NCBI GenBank assembly: GCA_044236265.1
Contig: JBIIGV010000014.1
Span: forward strand, 1 to 39,795
Source of the DNA: Oligoflexales bacterium
GTDB lineage: Bacteria > Bdellovibrionota_B > Oligoflexia > Oligoflexales > RGVZ01
Length of the DNA: 39,795 nt
Direction of reading: 5' to 3'
Both the position numbers and the translations under genes were made by a program. Below are positions 17,236 through 27,411 of the stretch, in pieces (position 1 is the first letter of the stretch; each line of letters opens with the position of its first letter). Under the pieces are notes generated by a model. That model was given only the letters and a program-made list of their open reading frames with translations, was not told the origin of the DNA and searched no databases.

Positions 17236-19092
17236 ATGACGGTTCGCCATCAAAGCGCGAGGGATTTAAGTCGCACGACCTACGATTACTCTGGTTTTGC
17301 AACCATTGATGGACGTCACCCATGGCAAACGGAAGTCCCAGGATCTCATGTACTCTACCGAGCACGCCAGCGTAAGAATGGTAAAATAGCTTGGTTCAAC
17401 TTCGACCTAGCAAAAGAAATGGGACTTCTCCCGTTCGATCACCCACAGGTAATCAATCCGCAATTAGAAGCCCAGGTTCTCGAAACGTTCGCGATTCAAA
17501 TTATCAACGAATACGACTTGATTAACGGCGTAAAAATCCCCCAAAACGAAATCAAGCCTTACCACTACATGGCAACAAGGTATCTTCAACTGCAGCACCC
17601 CGGCAAGACCGGCATTACCAGCGGCGACGGCCGAAGCCTGTGGAATGGTGTATGGCGCGGAAATGGTAAAACCTGGGATATTACAAGCTGCGGAACAGGC
17701 GCAACATGCCTAAGTCCAGCGACTCATATCTTCAAAAAATTCTTCCAAACTGGTGACCCTAGCGTCAGCTATGGCTGCGGTTATAGCGATTTGGACGATG
17801 GTGTGACGGGAGCCATTTTCTCTGAAATCATGCATAAGAATGGGACACCGACCGAGCGGATTTTATGTGTGATCGAATTCCCTGGCAATTTGAGTATTAA
17901 CGTTCGTGCGGGAACGAACCTATTACGACCCAGTCATTTCTTTAATCACTTGAAACAAGGAAACCTTCAACGCCTTAAGGCCGCGGTGGATTTCTTTATC
18001 AATCGCGAGATTGAAAATGGTGACTGGAAACCTCTGGCAAAAGGTGAAAACCGTTATAAGCGACTATTAGCCCAAATCAGTAATACATTTGGGGAAATGG
18101 CTGCTCGTTTTGAAAACGAATACATTTTCTGCTGGCTTGCGTGGGACGGGGATAATGTCCTCGCAAATGGCGGCATTATCGACTACGGATCAATCCGTCA
18201 ATTTGGTCTGTATCACCACGAGTACAAATTTGACGATGTCGAGCGCTGGTCCACTAGCATACCTGAACAGCGAGCTCAAGCACGTTACATCGTACAAACG
18301 TTCGCGCAGATAGAGCATTTCCTCAACACGGGCAAAAAAATCGAAATCAATCGATTCCGTAACCACCCTGAAGTCAGACGCTTTGATTTGACCTTCACCC
18401 AGGCCAGACGTCGTATGCTCCTGGAAAAAACAGGATTTAGTAAGCACGAGGCCGAACTGCTCCTTGCAAAACGCTCTCGTCAGGTCACTCATTTTGAGCG
18501 CATGTTCCGTTGGTGGGAGCGGAAGACCAAACAAAAACAGCACTACCGGGTGGCTGATGGCATCACTAAAGACGCACTATATTCGATGCGTGACATCCTG
18601 CGCGAGCTTCCTGCGCACTTAAGCACAACTTGGAAGCTAATGCCGACAAAAACATTTATGGCACATATTGCCTCAACTTATTGCGAAAGCAACGATGCCC
18701 GCCCAACTCTGGTGCGTCGTATATGGTCTGAGCGATTCCAGCATAGTTACATGGATTTGATCGAATCGTGCGCAAAATTAACTGACTCCAAGCGTGAAAA
18801 TCTTGTGGGCCGCATGGCCGCCCGCTCTGCGATCACAAACCGAAGCGACAGGATTACGGGTGACGCGATCTGCAATGTGGGCGATCGCCTCATCAAAGTG
18901 CGCAAAAAGCTTGAACGCAAAGACTTGTTTGACGTTATCGCAAACTTTATCAATGACCAGGTGAGGGTCCCTGAGGTGAAAATTAAAGGAGTGGTTCGCT
19001 CCACCATCGCTCAGAAAAAGCTCTCTGGCAAGCCAGAGACAATTTTGAAAGCACTTGGTCGCGTCGTCTACGAAATGCGCCACGGACTCTAA
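17236..19092 (+). CDS. Divergent SelO/YdiU-family (protein adenylyltransferase-like) pseudokinase
   Basis: FN..LA.EMG, A.RY, SGDGRS, SE.MH..G.PTER.L, LLRPSH and DGDN...IIDYG motifs in SelO order. Confidence 0.75.
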   Translation: MTVRHQSARDLSRTTYDYSGFATIDGRHPWQTEVPGSHVLYRARQRKNGKIAWFNFDLAKEMGLLPFDHPQVINPQLEAQVLETFAIQIINEYDLINGVKIPQNEIKPYHYMATRYLQLQHPGKTGITSGDGRSLWNGVWRGNGKTWDITSCGTGATCLSPATHIFKKFFQTGDPSVSYGCGYSDLDDGVTGAIFSEIMHKNGTPTERILCVIEFPGNLSINVRAGTNLLRPSHFFNHLKQGNLQRLKAAVDFFINREIENGDWKPLAKGENRYKRLLAQISNTFGEMAARFENEYIFCWLAWDGDNVLANGGIIDYGSIRQFGLYHHEYKFDDVERWSTSIPEQRAQARYIVQTFAQIEHFLNTGKKIEINRFRNHPEVRRFDLTFTQARRRMLLEKTGFSKHEAELLLAKRSRQVTHFERMFRWWERKTKQKQHYRVADGITKDALYSMRDILRELPAHLSTTWKLMPTKTFMAHIASTYCESNDARPTLVRRIWSERFQHSYMDLIESCAKLTDSKRENLVGRMAARSAITNRSDRITGDAICNVGDRLIKVRKKLERKDLFDVIANFINDQVRVPEVKIKGVVRSTIAQKKLSGKPETILKALGRVVYEMRHGL

Positions 19093-19098
19093 TCATTC

Positions 19099-19758
19099 AT
19101 GAAACTGGTACTCTACAGCGGTTACGCCGAGGCTAATGCACCTATCGACGCTGCCGCTATGCGTATGACGGGAAGGAAAAATCCCCGAATCGTCTTCATT
19201 CCCTCTGCCAATCATGTCCCCGACTTTGAATACGAGTATGTCAAAGAGACCTACGCGGAATATGGTGTAAAAAACATTCTTCAATTTAATATAGATCGAC
19301 CGTATTCACTCCGGGATGCTGAAAAAATTGTAAAAACAGCCGACATGATCTATCTAAGCGGCGGCAACACGTATTATTTTTTGAAATCAATCCGCAGAAA
19401 TCATTTTGACCGTCTTTTAACGCAATTCGTCGCAAGAGGTGGTGTGTTGGCCGGACTTTCTGCTGGCTCCATCATCATGACGCCGACCATCAACTGCGCC
19501 AGCTTCCCGAAATTTGACCGCGACGAAAACGCCGTGGGACTTCGCAATTTCGATGCCCTAGGGCTCGTCAAGTTTGAGTTCTTTCCTCATTTCACCCATG
19601 AGCCCGAGTACATAAGAGAACTCAAAAAACAAAGTCTTAAATTGAAATACCCCATCTACGCCGTCAGTGACGGCGCCGGCATCACGATTGAAAACCGGCG
19701 CGTCAGCTTTTTTGGCAATATCTGGGGCTACGTGAGTGGCAAAGAGTTTAAGATTTAG
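19099..19758 (+). CDS. Peptidase S51 family (dipeptidase E-like, class I glutamine amidotransferase-like fold)
   Basis: FIPSA, IYLSGGNT, nucleophile GLSAGS and FFPHF motifs. Confidence 0.9.
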   Translation: MKLVLYSGYAEANAPIDAAAMRMTGRKNPRIVFIPSANHVPDFEYEYVKETYAEYGVKNILQFNIDRPYSLRDAEKIVKTADMIYLSGGNTYYFLKSIRRNHFDRLLTQFVARGGVLAGLSAGSIIMTPTINCASFPKFDRDENAVGLRNFDALGLVKFEFFPHFTHEPEYIRELKKQSLKLKYPIYAVSDGAGITIENRRVSFFGNIWGYVSGKEFKI

Positions 19759-19776
19759 AGATGTTCCCACATCACG

Positions 19777-20784
19777 TCAGCTCTTTGATCCTTTTTTCTC
19801 CAACATGTCATCTAAGCCCTTAAAGAAGCGTTCTGCAACCATGGAAGACACCTCAAAAGTATGACTTTGCATGACTGAATTGAGCCAATCGATCTCCTGA
19901 GCTTCCTTAGAAGGGGTTTGCTGGCCAGATTTTGCCACTATCGAGATAAAGTAGCGTTTGGAGGCATCCCCTATTGACCCAACCTTAACTTCAAAGCTAC
20001 GTCCATCAAACAACGTCGCCATGAGCACTGAGGGTTTAGCCATCGCTTTTTGCGCATCGGGCGATGAACCCACTTCACGCTTTGTATAATCAACTGCAGA
20101 CAGGATGCCTTCATGGGATCTAATCTGAGACGACTCTTTCGCACCCGTTGGCAACGTCTCAATTTTAACGGCGTCTTCAGCCTTGTTACGAAGAAGAACG
20201 ACTTCTTTCTTTCCGCTTGCCGCAGCTGGCTTAAACTCAAGCCTCTGAATTTGATTAGCTGACACATTGAGGAGCCGCTTCAACTCCCATGAAGACTCCT
20301 CAGGTACAATAGCCAAGGGCTGATTAATAAGATAGACACGATGATCACGGCCAAACGCAATGAACTGACCTCCGCGGTCCCGTTGGTCTGCAAGCTTTAA
20401 ACTCAAAACATCAGAGCCTGCCTTGCGTAGCGTCACTTCGGTGGCGGTGGCTAAACCAAATGACTCTGAAGGCTCTTTTGCCTCTGACACCAACATCTGA
20501 ACATCGGACCTTGTGAGGTCATCAATGAGCCGACCGACCTTCGCCGCGTCTGCAGGAAATCCGGTGTCTGATCCCATTCGCCAAACGCTATCTTTATCTG
20601 TAACCAGTAGCAGCTCTTTGTCGCCCTTGGCAATACGGATAGCGTCCATGCCCAGAAGCGAGGCTATAGTTGCCATTGGCCTGCCAATTCGCTCGTCACG
20701 GCTGTTGGCCAGCTTGTCTGACAACGCCAGCGCTGCAGCCACAGAAATGAGAACAGTCGTGCCTAGAAGAATCTTCTTATTCAT
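19777..20784 (-). CDS. DUF4340 domain-containing protein
   Basis: N-terminal anchor, W...FPAD..KV..L, FGL and VYL patterns; last gene of a GldA/F/G-type operon. Confidence 0.75.
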   Translation of the reverse strand: MNKKILLGTTVLISVAAALALSDKLANSRDERIGRPMATIASLLGMDAIRIAKGDKELLLVTDKDSVWRMGSDTGFPADAAKVGRLIDDLTRSDVQMLVSEAKEPSESFGLATATEVTLRKAGSDVLSLKLADQRDRGGQFIAFGRDHRVYLINQPLAIVPEESSWELKRLLNVSANQIQRLEFKPAAASGKKEVVLLRNKAEDAVKIETLPTGAKESSQIRSHEGILSAVDYTKREVGSSPDAQKAMAKPSVLMATLFDGRSFEVKVGSIGDASKRYFISIVAKSGQQTPSKEAQEIDWLNSVMQSHTFEVSSMVAERFFKGLDDMLEKKGSKS

Positions 20785-22664
20785 GTACGCTCCCCCTTCT
20801 TCGTTAAATGATAGCGACGTGAGCGGCGATAAAATACCGACATCCCGAGCCCGGTTGCAGCTATTGGGACAAATAGCATATTCACTGCAATCAGCCGTCT
20901 GCCAAGCTGCTCAATGTCATCACGTAGATTTTTACGGACCTCTCGACGCTGTTTCTTAAAACGTCGTTCATCCTCACGAAACTTTGAAATCTCTGCCTGC
21001 TGCTGGGCATTCAAGGCAAAACGATTACCATCGGTACGCTGGGCTTGCATCTCATTGAGCTTTCTTTGCAAATCGTTGATCTGCTGAGTCAACGATTCCT
21101 CTTCTGCCTGCCAACGCTTTTGCGCCTCTTTTTGAATCTCCGCTACACGAGTGAAAGGTCGTGCGATGCGGCCCTTAGACCGAATAGCAATCAAATCTTC
21201 GCTACCACCCAGATAATCAACGGCATTCACCAAGAAGTTTAAGTTATCATTGCGAGGACGAATCATGATCTGAGGGCCAAATCGAAATTTATCCACGGCA
21301 TTCTGATCATAAAACAAATCCACATCGGCAATAACAACCACGGTGTTGTCGGCGTCAGCTTCTGGTTTATGTTTGGCTCCACTAGAGGCCCCGGAAGGGG
21401 CACCCGAAGAAAACGCAGACTTAAACCGACCGGTCACCGCGGCAGCTAAATATCGGTCTTTACTATCAGGCTTTAATGAGCGAGAAAGATCGATCGGGTT
21501 TGTGTATAAAGCCGACGTTGCGCTAGCGGTCCCGCTATCTTTTGACAACTGGATCAAGGGTTCAAATTTCGAGGTTGCGCCAGCTTTATGAGCGACTGTG
21601 CCACCCTCAGCAATCAACATCGACTTTAGTTTCCCTGTTATGACAGACTGCCGTGACAACAGGCTTTCATTGATCGTCATAAAAAACGGATAGCGAATCG
21701 TCTGTCCACCAGCATTGATCTGGGTTGCAAGGGACTGATCACCAACAAGAACATTCTTGTCGTACTCCACATCCCATGCCGCTAACAATTTTTCCAGGTC
21801 ACTGCCTATCTTTGGCATCTGGTTTGGCGTCTTCTGCGCATTAGCATTAAGCTGTAAATCAGTTCGTGACATAGGATCAACAGCGACGATCAACTTACCG
21901 CCATTCATCACAAACTGATCAATCGCGTAAAGAGTAGGCTCTGGAAGCTCTTTAGGGTGCAGTACAATCAAAACCTTGAGGCTAGATGGAATTTCTTTCG
22001 CGTCAGCTTCAACTTTGCTCACCTGAAAATTGCGTCTTAGATCGTTAACAACAGCCCATGTTTCATCAATGGGGCCATGGGGTCCCATCACCGGACTGGG
22101 GCTACCGATGACCGTGAGCGAGCTCATAACTCCGACAGCAACGCTGTCTTTCTTAACCTTGCTCATGAGCGCTTCAGCAATGTCATACTCGAGAAACTCC
22201 TCGCGACGAGGGTCAAGATAGGGAATCGCCATTTCTTGCGTGCCGATCAAAAACACCAGACCAAAAAACATCTGGTCACCCTTAGGCAATCGCACGCCGG
22301 TGATTCCATACTTTTGCGCCCATTCTTCATCGTCTGTATCTGGCTTAGGGTCGATCACTTCAATCGAAATACGCCCCTTACTTGCGGCTTTATACTCCTG
22401 CAAAATTTCTTCTACGCGCGTTGCATAGGTCTTAACCGGGACTGGTAATTCTTTTAATGAGCGAGAAAAAAAGAGCTTCATCGTAACATCTCGGTCCAAT
22501 TTGCCAATGAGGCTTCTCGTGCCGTCGCTTAGGCTGAACACCTTGTCTTGGGTCAAATCAAAACGAAAATTAATTTTCGAGGCTATAAAATTAAGACTGA
22601 CAATAGCCAGGATCAAAACTAAAACGCCAGAGGCGGTTGATGTAAATTGCTTGAATCGGTTCAT
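20781..22664 (-). CDS. GldG-like ABC transporter auxiliary component
   Basis: RFDLTQDKVFSLS.GT, EFLEYDI, YAIDQFVMNGG, VIADVD, N.VDYL.G..DLI.IRS, a coiled coil and a C-terminal TM segment. Confidence 0.9.
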   Translation of the reverse strand: MNRFKQFTSTASGVLVLILAIVSLNFIASKINFRFDLTQDKVFSLSDGTRSLIGKLDRDVTMKLFFSRSLKELPVPVKTYATRVEEILQEYKAASKGRISIEVIDPKPDTDDEEWAQKYGITGVRLPKGDQMFFGLVFLIGTQEMAIPYLDPRREEFLEYDIAEALMSKVKKDSVAVGVMSSLTVIGSPSPVMGPHGPIDETWAVVNDLRRNFQVSKVEADAKEIPSSLKVLIVLHPKELPEPTLYAIDQFVMNGGKLIVAVDPMSRTDLQLNANAQKTPNQMPKIGSDLEKLLAAWDVEYDKNVLVGDQSLATQINAGGQTIRYPFFMTINESLLSRQSVITGKLKSMLIAEGGTVAHKAGATSKFEPLIQLSKDSGTASATSALYTNPIDLSRSLKPDSKDRYLAAAVTGRFKSAFSSGAPSGASSGAKHKPEADADNTVVVIADVDLFYDQNAVDKFRFGPQIMIRPRNDNLNFLVNAVDYLGGSEDLIAIRSKGRIARPFTRVAEIQKEAQKRWQAEEESLTQQINDLQRKLNEMQAQRTDGNRFALNAQQQAEISKFREDERRFKKQRREVRKNLRDDIEQLGRRLIAVNMLFVPIAATGLGMSVFYRRSRRYHLTKKGERT

Positions 22665-22676
22665 CTTGCTCCCCCT

Positions 22677-23411
22677 TTAGCTAGCCTTACGGGCATTTAA
22701 TGTCATCGTGTTGAGAGCCAATCCAACTGTGATGGCGGAAAGGAAATAAATAATGTCACGGCTATCCAGAAGGCCTCGGCTGATCGACTGAAAATGCGTA
22801 ATAAATCCAGCATCGGCGACGACATCGATCAACCACGATGGAAAGATGCTAGCCATCAAATCTGTGAATACGCCCCATCCGAGCAAAACCAGGACAAAGC
22901 AGATCACCACTCCGAGAACGAAACTTATGACCTGGTTTTTCGACAACGACGACGTAAAACAGGAAACCGCGAGATAAGCTCCGGCCATCAGAAGAGACCC
23001 TATATAACCCGCAAAGATGACTCCATTGTCAGGGTTACCAAGATAATTAACGGTCAACCAAAGTGGAAATGTCAGAAAAAGGGCCACTGCAAGAAACGCC
23101 CAGCCTGCCAGAAATTTTGAAAGCACAGCCTCTGTCATAGTCACGGGAAGCGTAAATAGAATCTCGATCGTCCCGCTTCGCCGCTCCTCGGCCCAAAGGC
23201 GCATGCCAACTGCCGGCACGAACACAAGAAATAGCCACGGCAAGTAGTTAAAGAACGGATCAAGCGAGGCCTGATCACTTTCAAACAACCCACCTAAAAA
23301 GAATGTGCATCCAACTGATGCTAATAAAAAAATGACTATAAACACATAAGCAACAGGTGACCTAAAGTATGCAAAAAACTCACGCTTAAATAGCGGCTTG
23401 AAATTTTCCAT
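22677..23411 (-). CDS. GldF-like ABC-2 permease
   Basis: KRE..YFRSPVAYV, MRLWAEERRSGT.E.L.TLP and NQVISF motifs. Confidence 0.92.
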   Translation of the reverse strand: MENFKPLFKREFFAYFRSPVAYVFIVIFLLASVGCTFFLGGLFESDQASLDPFFNYLPWLFLVFVPAVGMRLWAEERRSGTIEILFTLPVTMTEAVLSKFLAGWAFLAVALFLTFPLWLTVNYLGNPDNGVIFAGYIGSLLMAGAYLAVSCFTSSLSKNQVISFVLGVVICFVLVLLGWGVFTDLMASIFPSWLIDVVADAGFITHFQSISRGLLDSRDIIYFLSAITVGLALNTMTLNARKAS

Positions 23412-23423
23412 GTGAACCTCCCA

Positions 23424-24371
23424 TCAATCCAAGCTTTTCGTCGCTTCAGGTTTGGTTACAGATCTAAAAACCTCATCAAGGCGTCCCTGCTCCACTTGAA
23501 GCTGTTCAATGTCAAGATTACGCTGCTTGGAAAGCTCTGAGATCTTCAAAGCGATGGATTCGCCCTTTTTCGGGAACACTCTGATTGTCGAACGGTCACC
23601 GCCCAACACCTCAACATTGCCGATCCCACCGATGCCTGATAGCATCGCCTGGGCCGTTTCAAGATCGCTTGGAGCTACCTTCATGGTGACCGCGTTGTGG
23701 AAGCGGCTACGTTCACGCAGGGCCCCTGGCGTTGCATCAGCCACAATAGATCCATTGGCAATGATGACTGCACGTTCACAAATTGCGTCAACTTCTTCGA
23801 GAATGTGCGTGGAAAGGATAATAGTTTTGTTACTGGCCATGCTCTTTATCAGTTTGCGGACTTCGTGCTTTTGATTTGGATCCAGTCCATCTGTTGGCTC
23901 ATCCAAAATAAGCACAGGCGGGTCGTGGATGAGAGCCTGCGCAAAACCAACACGCTGCCGGTAGCCTTTCGACAAAGTTTCGATCGGTTGATCCCATACA
24001 GCTGCCAAATCACAAGTTTCTCGCATAGCCTCGGCAGCTTTCAATGCTGACGCGCCAAACATCCCACGAACTTCTGCAATAAAACTTAGAAACTCCACTA
24101 CCGTCATCTCTCCGTAAGACGGAGCACTCTCAGGTAAGTAGCCAATTTGCTTTCTGACTGCGATGGAGTCTTTAACAATATCTTTGCCACCGACAGTGGC
24201 AGTCCCACTTGTGGGTTCGATGAAACAGGTCAGCATCTTCATCGTGGTGGATTTACCCGCACCGTTAGGTCCCAAAAAACCCAAAATCTGACCCTTAGGT
24301 ACTTCAAAGCTGATGCCCTTCACCGCCCTGAACCCGCCAAAGTCCCGTACAAGACCGGAAACGCTAATCAT
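23424..24371 (-). CDS. GldA-like ABC transporter ATP-binding protein
   Basis: Walker A GPNGAGKST, signature LSKGYRQR, Walker B LILDEPT, H-loop STHIL. Confidence 0.95.
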   Translation of the reverse strand: MISVSGLVRDFGGFRAVKGISFEVPKGQILGFLGPNGAGKSTTMKMLTCFIEPTSGTATVGGKDIVKDSIAVRKQIGYLPESAPSYGEMTVVEFLSFIAEVRGMFGASALKAAEAMRETCDLAAVWDQPIETLSKGYRQRVGFAQALIHDPPVLILDEPTDGLDPNQKHEVRKLIKSMASNKTIILSTHILEEVDAICERAVIIANGSIVADATPGALRERSRFHNAVTMKVAPSDLETAQAMLSGIGGIGNVEVLGGDRSTIRVFPKKGESIALKISELSKQRNLDIEQLQVEQGRLDEVFRSVTKPEATKSLD

Positions 24372-24520
24372 GATCGCCTCCTTGTGACATAAACGCGCCG
24401 GATGATTGACTTAAAATAAAATTTTTGGATCTCTTTGCTATTTTGTCAACCCTCCCGACTGGGGTTTTTGTTATAACTTGCTGTTTTTACATTGATTATA
24501 GCTCAAGACGCGCAAGACGG

Positions 24521-24549
24521 TTGCACAAATATTCGCCAGACTGTATACC
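24521..24549 (+). promoter_or_regulatory. Putative sigma70 promoter of the U32 gene
   Basis: TTGCAC-N17-TATACC. Confidence 0.5.
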
Positions 24550-24582
24550 CTGCAACTCAATGAACTTACGGAGATTTCCCCG

Positions 24583-25818
24583 ATGAATCACGGCATCGAG
24601 CTTCTAGCCCCAGCGGGCAACCTTGAAAAACTAAAAACTGTTCTGCGTTACGGTGCTGATGCCGCTTATCTCGGTGGAAAAGCGTTTAACTTACGCGCTG
24701 GTTCAGCAAACTTCTCGATGGAGACACTCGGCGAAGGGGTTCAATATGCGCACTCTCTTGGAAAACGCGTCTACGTGACCCTCAACATCATCGCCCATAA
24801 CCGCGATGTTAAGGGCCTACCAAATTTCATCAAATTTCTCGAAAGTATCAAAGTCGACGCCGTCATTGTCGCCGACATCGGCATCATGTCACTTGTCAAA
24901 GAACACTCAAACTTGCCAATCCATGTTTCCACGCAGGCGAGCACCGCAAACTGGATGACAGCAAAAACATTTCATCAGATGGGAGCAAAGCGCGTTGTCT
25001 TGGCGCGAGAGCTTGGCCTTGATGAGATCAAAGCGATTAAAGATAAAGTCCCAGAACTGGAACTTGAAGTATTCGTTCACGGCGCTATGTGCATGACCTA
25101 TTCGGGACGATGCACGATGTCGAGCTACATGACGCAGCGGGACTCCAATCACGGCATGTGTGCCAACAGCTGTCGCTGGAAATATGCACTCGTGGAAGAA
25201 AAGCGCCCTGGCGTCTACTACCCGGTCTATGAAGATGAGACTGGAAACTACATGTACAATTCCAAAGACCTGTGCACGATCGACTTCCTTGATAAAATCA
25301 TCGAGGCTGGTGTTTCCGGATTGAAAATCGAGGGTCGAAACCGCGGGATCCTATACGGAGCCACGACCACAAATGTTTACCGAGCCGCCGTCGACCAGTA
25401 CAAAACCGGTCAGTTCACCGTTGATCCAAATTGGATCGAAGAGCTTGAAACCTACCGCCACCGTGGCTACACGACAGGATTTTTCTTTGGCAAGCTGGAC
25501 CGCCATGCACAGCGTCTTGACGGCAAAAGCGATGAAAACCATGTCTTGGCTGGTGTTGTAAAAGATGTCATCAGCCCTGGCCACTACCTGGTGACAGCTC
25601 GCAACAAGTTTGTCTCAGGGCAAGAAATTGAGGCGGTTCGGCCAGGTGTCACTACAAAAATTAAAGTTCAGGCGCTTGATTTAGCTAATCCTACCAATAA
25701 CCAAGCACAGCCCGACACCAAGCCTGGTTACGACTACCTGATGACATTAGATACGCCACTTGAAGTGGGAGATCTCCTCAGAGTCAAAAGCCCAGAGCAC
25801 GATCTCGAAGAAAATTGA
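24583..25818 (+). CDS. Peptidase U32 family Fe-S protein (TrhP/YegQ-like tRNA hydroxylation protein)
   Basis: ELLAPAG, HVSTQ, EVFVHGAMC..YSGRC...C.NSCRW and KIEGR motifs plus a C-terminal beta domain. Confidence 0.92.
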   Translation: MNHGIELLAPAGNLEKLKTVLRYGADAAYLGGKAFNLRAGSANFSMETLGEGVQYAHSLGKRVYVTLNIIAHNRDVKGLPNFIKFLESIKVDAVIVADIGIMSLVKEHSNLPIHVSTQASTANWMTAKTFHQMGAKRVVLARELGLDEIKAIKDKVPELELEVFVHGAMCMTYSGRCTMSSYMTQRDSNHGMCANSCRWKYALVEEKRPGVYYPVYEDETGNYMYNSKDLCTIDFLDKIIEAGVSGLKIEGRNRGILYGATTTNVYRAAVDQYKTGQFTVDPNWIEELETYRHRGYTTGFFFGKLDRHAQRLDGKSDENHVLAGVVKDVISPGHYLVTARNKFVSGQEIEAVRPGVTTKIKVQALDLANPTNNQAQPDTKPGYDYLMTLDTPLEVGDLLRVKSPEHDLEEN

Positions 25819-25823
25819 TAACG

Positions 25824-26723
25824 TTAGGGCAGCGATTTCAGTAAATTATTGAACACCGACCACAAAGGCTTTGTCTCGGGGACCATATCCTCAAAAAAGT
25901 ACCAATAGAAATACCCACCCACAAAACGCGGGTGGGTGATCCTGCCAGGTTGACTCAATGAATAGTATTGATTGAGAACCTGCGCTTTGCGGTCTGCGAT
26001 ATTTGTGCCTACCTCACCAAAGCCTAGCTTTGACTTGGGGAAGATCTCCCCCAGTTTGTTAAATACATCGTTCCAATCCGGATCCGGTCCAGGACAGTCA
26101 TCCTCGTAGTAAGAGATCCAAACGTAATCGAGCTGTTCTTTCATCGGGCTCTTAATATGAGCCTTGGCCCATGTAAACATCTCCCGCTCCGAGTATGGAT
26201 CACATGGAGTGTTAAAATAGAGTGTCAGAGCTGTCTTTTCATGGCGAGATTTTGCGAGATTAAATGCATCCGTGATCTTAAGTACAACCTCCGCAGTGGG
26301 GCCCGTCCAAGATCCATTCACCTCGTTACCGATCTCCCATAGATCAACGAAGCCTGATAGTTTGTCTAGATAAGATTTGTAGCGCTGACGATGTTCACTG
26401 ACAGAGTATGACTTCATGGTGGAGCTATCGGCGACCAGTCCCATGACAGGGCACATGTCATGAATCGCTTTTGTTGATGCCTTATAGTCATCGGCCAAGA
26501 TCCCTTCATCAAAAACAAGTCGAGTCCAGACTGGCTTTGAGAGAGGTTTAATGGCTGCCAACAGGTCCCCGGACGCAAAACCGTTGCCACTGGTTATCCC
26601 GTAAATGATAGGTCGCGGGCCTTCTTCATAAGCGCCGCTTTCACAGGGCACGGTGAGCCAAAAGGTCCCAGCCCAGAGGATCACCACTAACGTACGCAGA
26701 GAAAATATTTGAGCCAGAATCAT
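25824..26723 (-). CDS. Secreted glycoside-hydrolase-like TIM-barrel protein
   Basis: Signal peptide; WEIGNEVNG (acid/base-like NE) and GFGEVG (nucleophile-like E) as in clan GH-A. Confidence 0.6.
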   Translation of the reverse strand: MILAQIFSLRTLVVILWAGTFWLTVPCESGAYEEGPRPIIYGITSGNGFASGDLLAAIKPLSKPVWTRLVFDEGILADDYKASTKAIHDMCPVMGLVADSSTMKSYSVSEHRQRYKSYLDKLSGFVDLWEIGNEVNGSWTGPTAEVVLKITDAFNLAKSRHEKTALTLYFNTPCDPYSEREMFTWAKAHIKSPMKEQLDYVWISYYEDDCPGPDPDWNDVFNKLGEIFPKSKLGFGEVGTNIADRKAQVLNQYYSLSQPGRITHPRFVGGYFYWYFFEDMVPETKPLWSVFNNLLKSLP

Positions 26724-26880
26724 GGACCCCCCCCATGCCGACAATCCCTGAATGAGCCTTACGAGGCAATAGGTTTTCAGTTGGTAAAAGATTGCAATTT
26801 AGATCATGTGATGGGTAGAACCACCAATTGAGATTGGGTGATTCATGACTGATGAACAATCACAACACATATGACACAAT

Positions 26881-27411
26881 TTATCGGCTCGACAGCCCGC
26901 AGGAAAATACCTTATCGGCAAAGCGACCAGTTGTTTTCTTAAGCCAGCAAACGCTATAGCCTTCTATGAAAACAAAGGCTTTGCATTGAGATTCACCAAG
27001 ACAGACATTCTTGCAGTCATCAGCGGTCTTTACTGGCGCAACTCTCTTATAATCTTTTCCCGAGTCGTCTTTCTGCCAGCCCTCGATTGCAATCTTCGCA
27101 GCTTCTCCTGAACGATCCACCTGGCCAGCATACATGCGTACATTGGTTTTTGATTTGACGGATTTTTTCAAGAAACATCGATTCCATCCAGAAATATGGG
27201 ACCAGCCTCGACATTCCCCAAGTTCCTGGCAGCTTCGGCCACAGTCTTGAGCACTCGCTGATTTGAAACTTTTCAAATCAGGCCCAGTGATATCGCAACT
27301 TGCTTGAACGCTCACCGGCTGAGCGGGCTCGGCACCTTGACCTCGCAAAGATAGCAGAGCAAGGCCAATGATGACGAAATATTGAAGATATCTTATTGTC
27401 ATCACGTTCAC
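26881..27411 (-). CDS. Secreted protein with two PAN/Apple domains
   Basis: Signal peptide; two repeats of D..G.D...(S/T)A.DC...C.....C..(W/F).......C(F/W)LK. Confidence 0.85.
   Translation of the reverse strand: MNVMTIRYLQYFVIIGLALLSLRGQGAEPAQPVSVQASCDITGPDLKSFKSASAQDCGRSCQELGECRGWSHISGWNRCFLKKSVKSKTNVRMYAGQVDRSGEAAKIAIEGWQKDDSGKDYKRVAPVKTADDCKNVCLGESQCKAFVFIEGYSVCWLKKTTGRFADKVFSCGLSSR

Noticed and set aside
26727..26734. G8 tract (minus strand) before the GH-like gene as a phase-variation switch
   Set aside because: It lies outside the CDS if the start is ATG 26723, is short, and is adequately explained as the RBS
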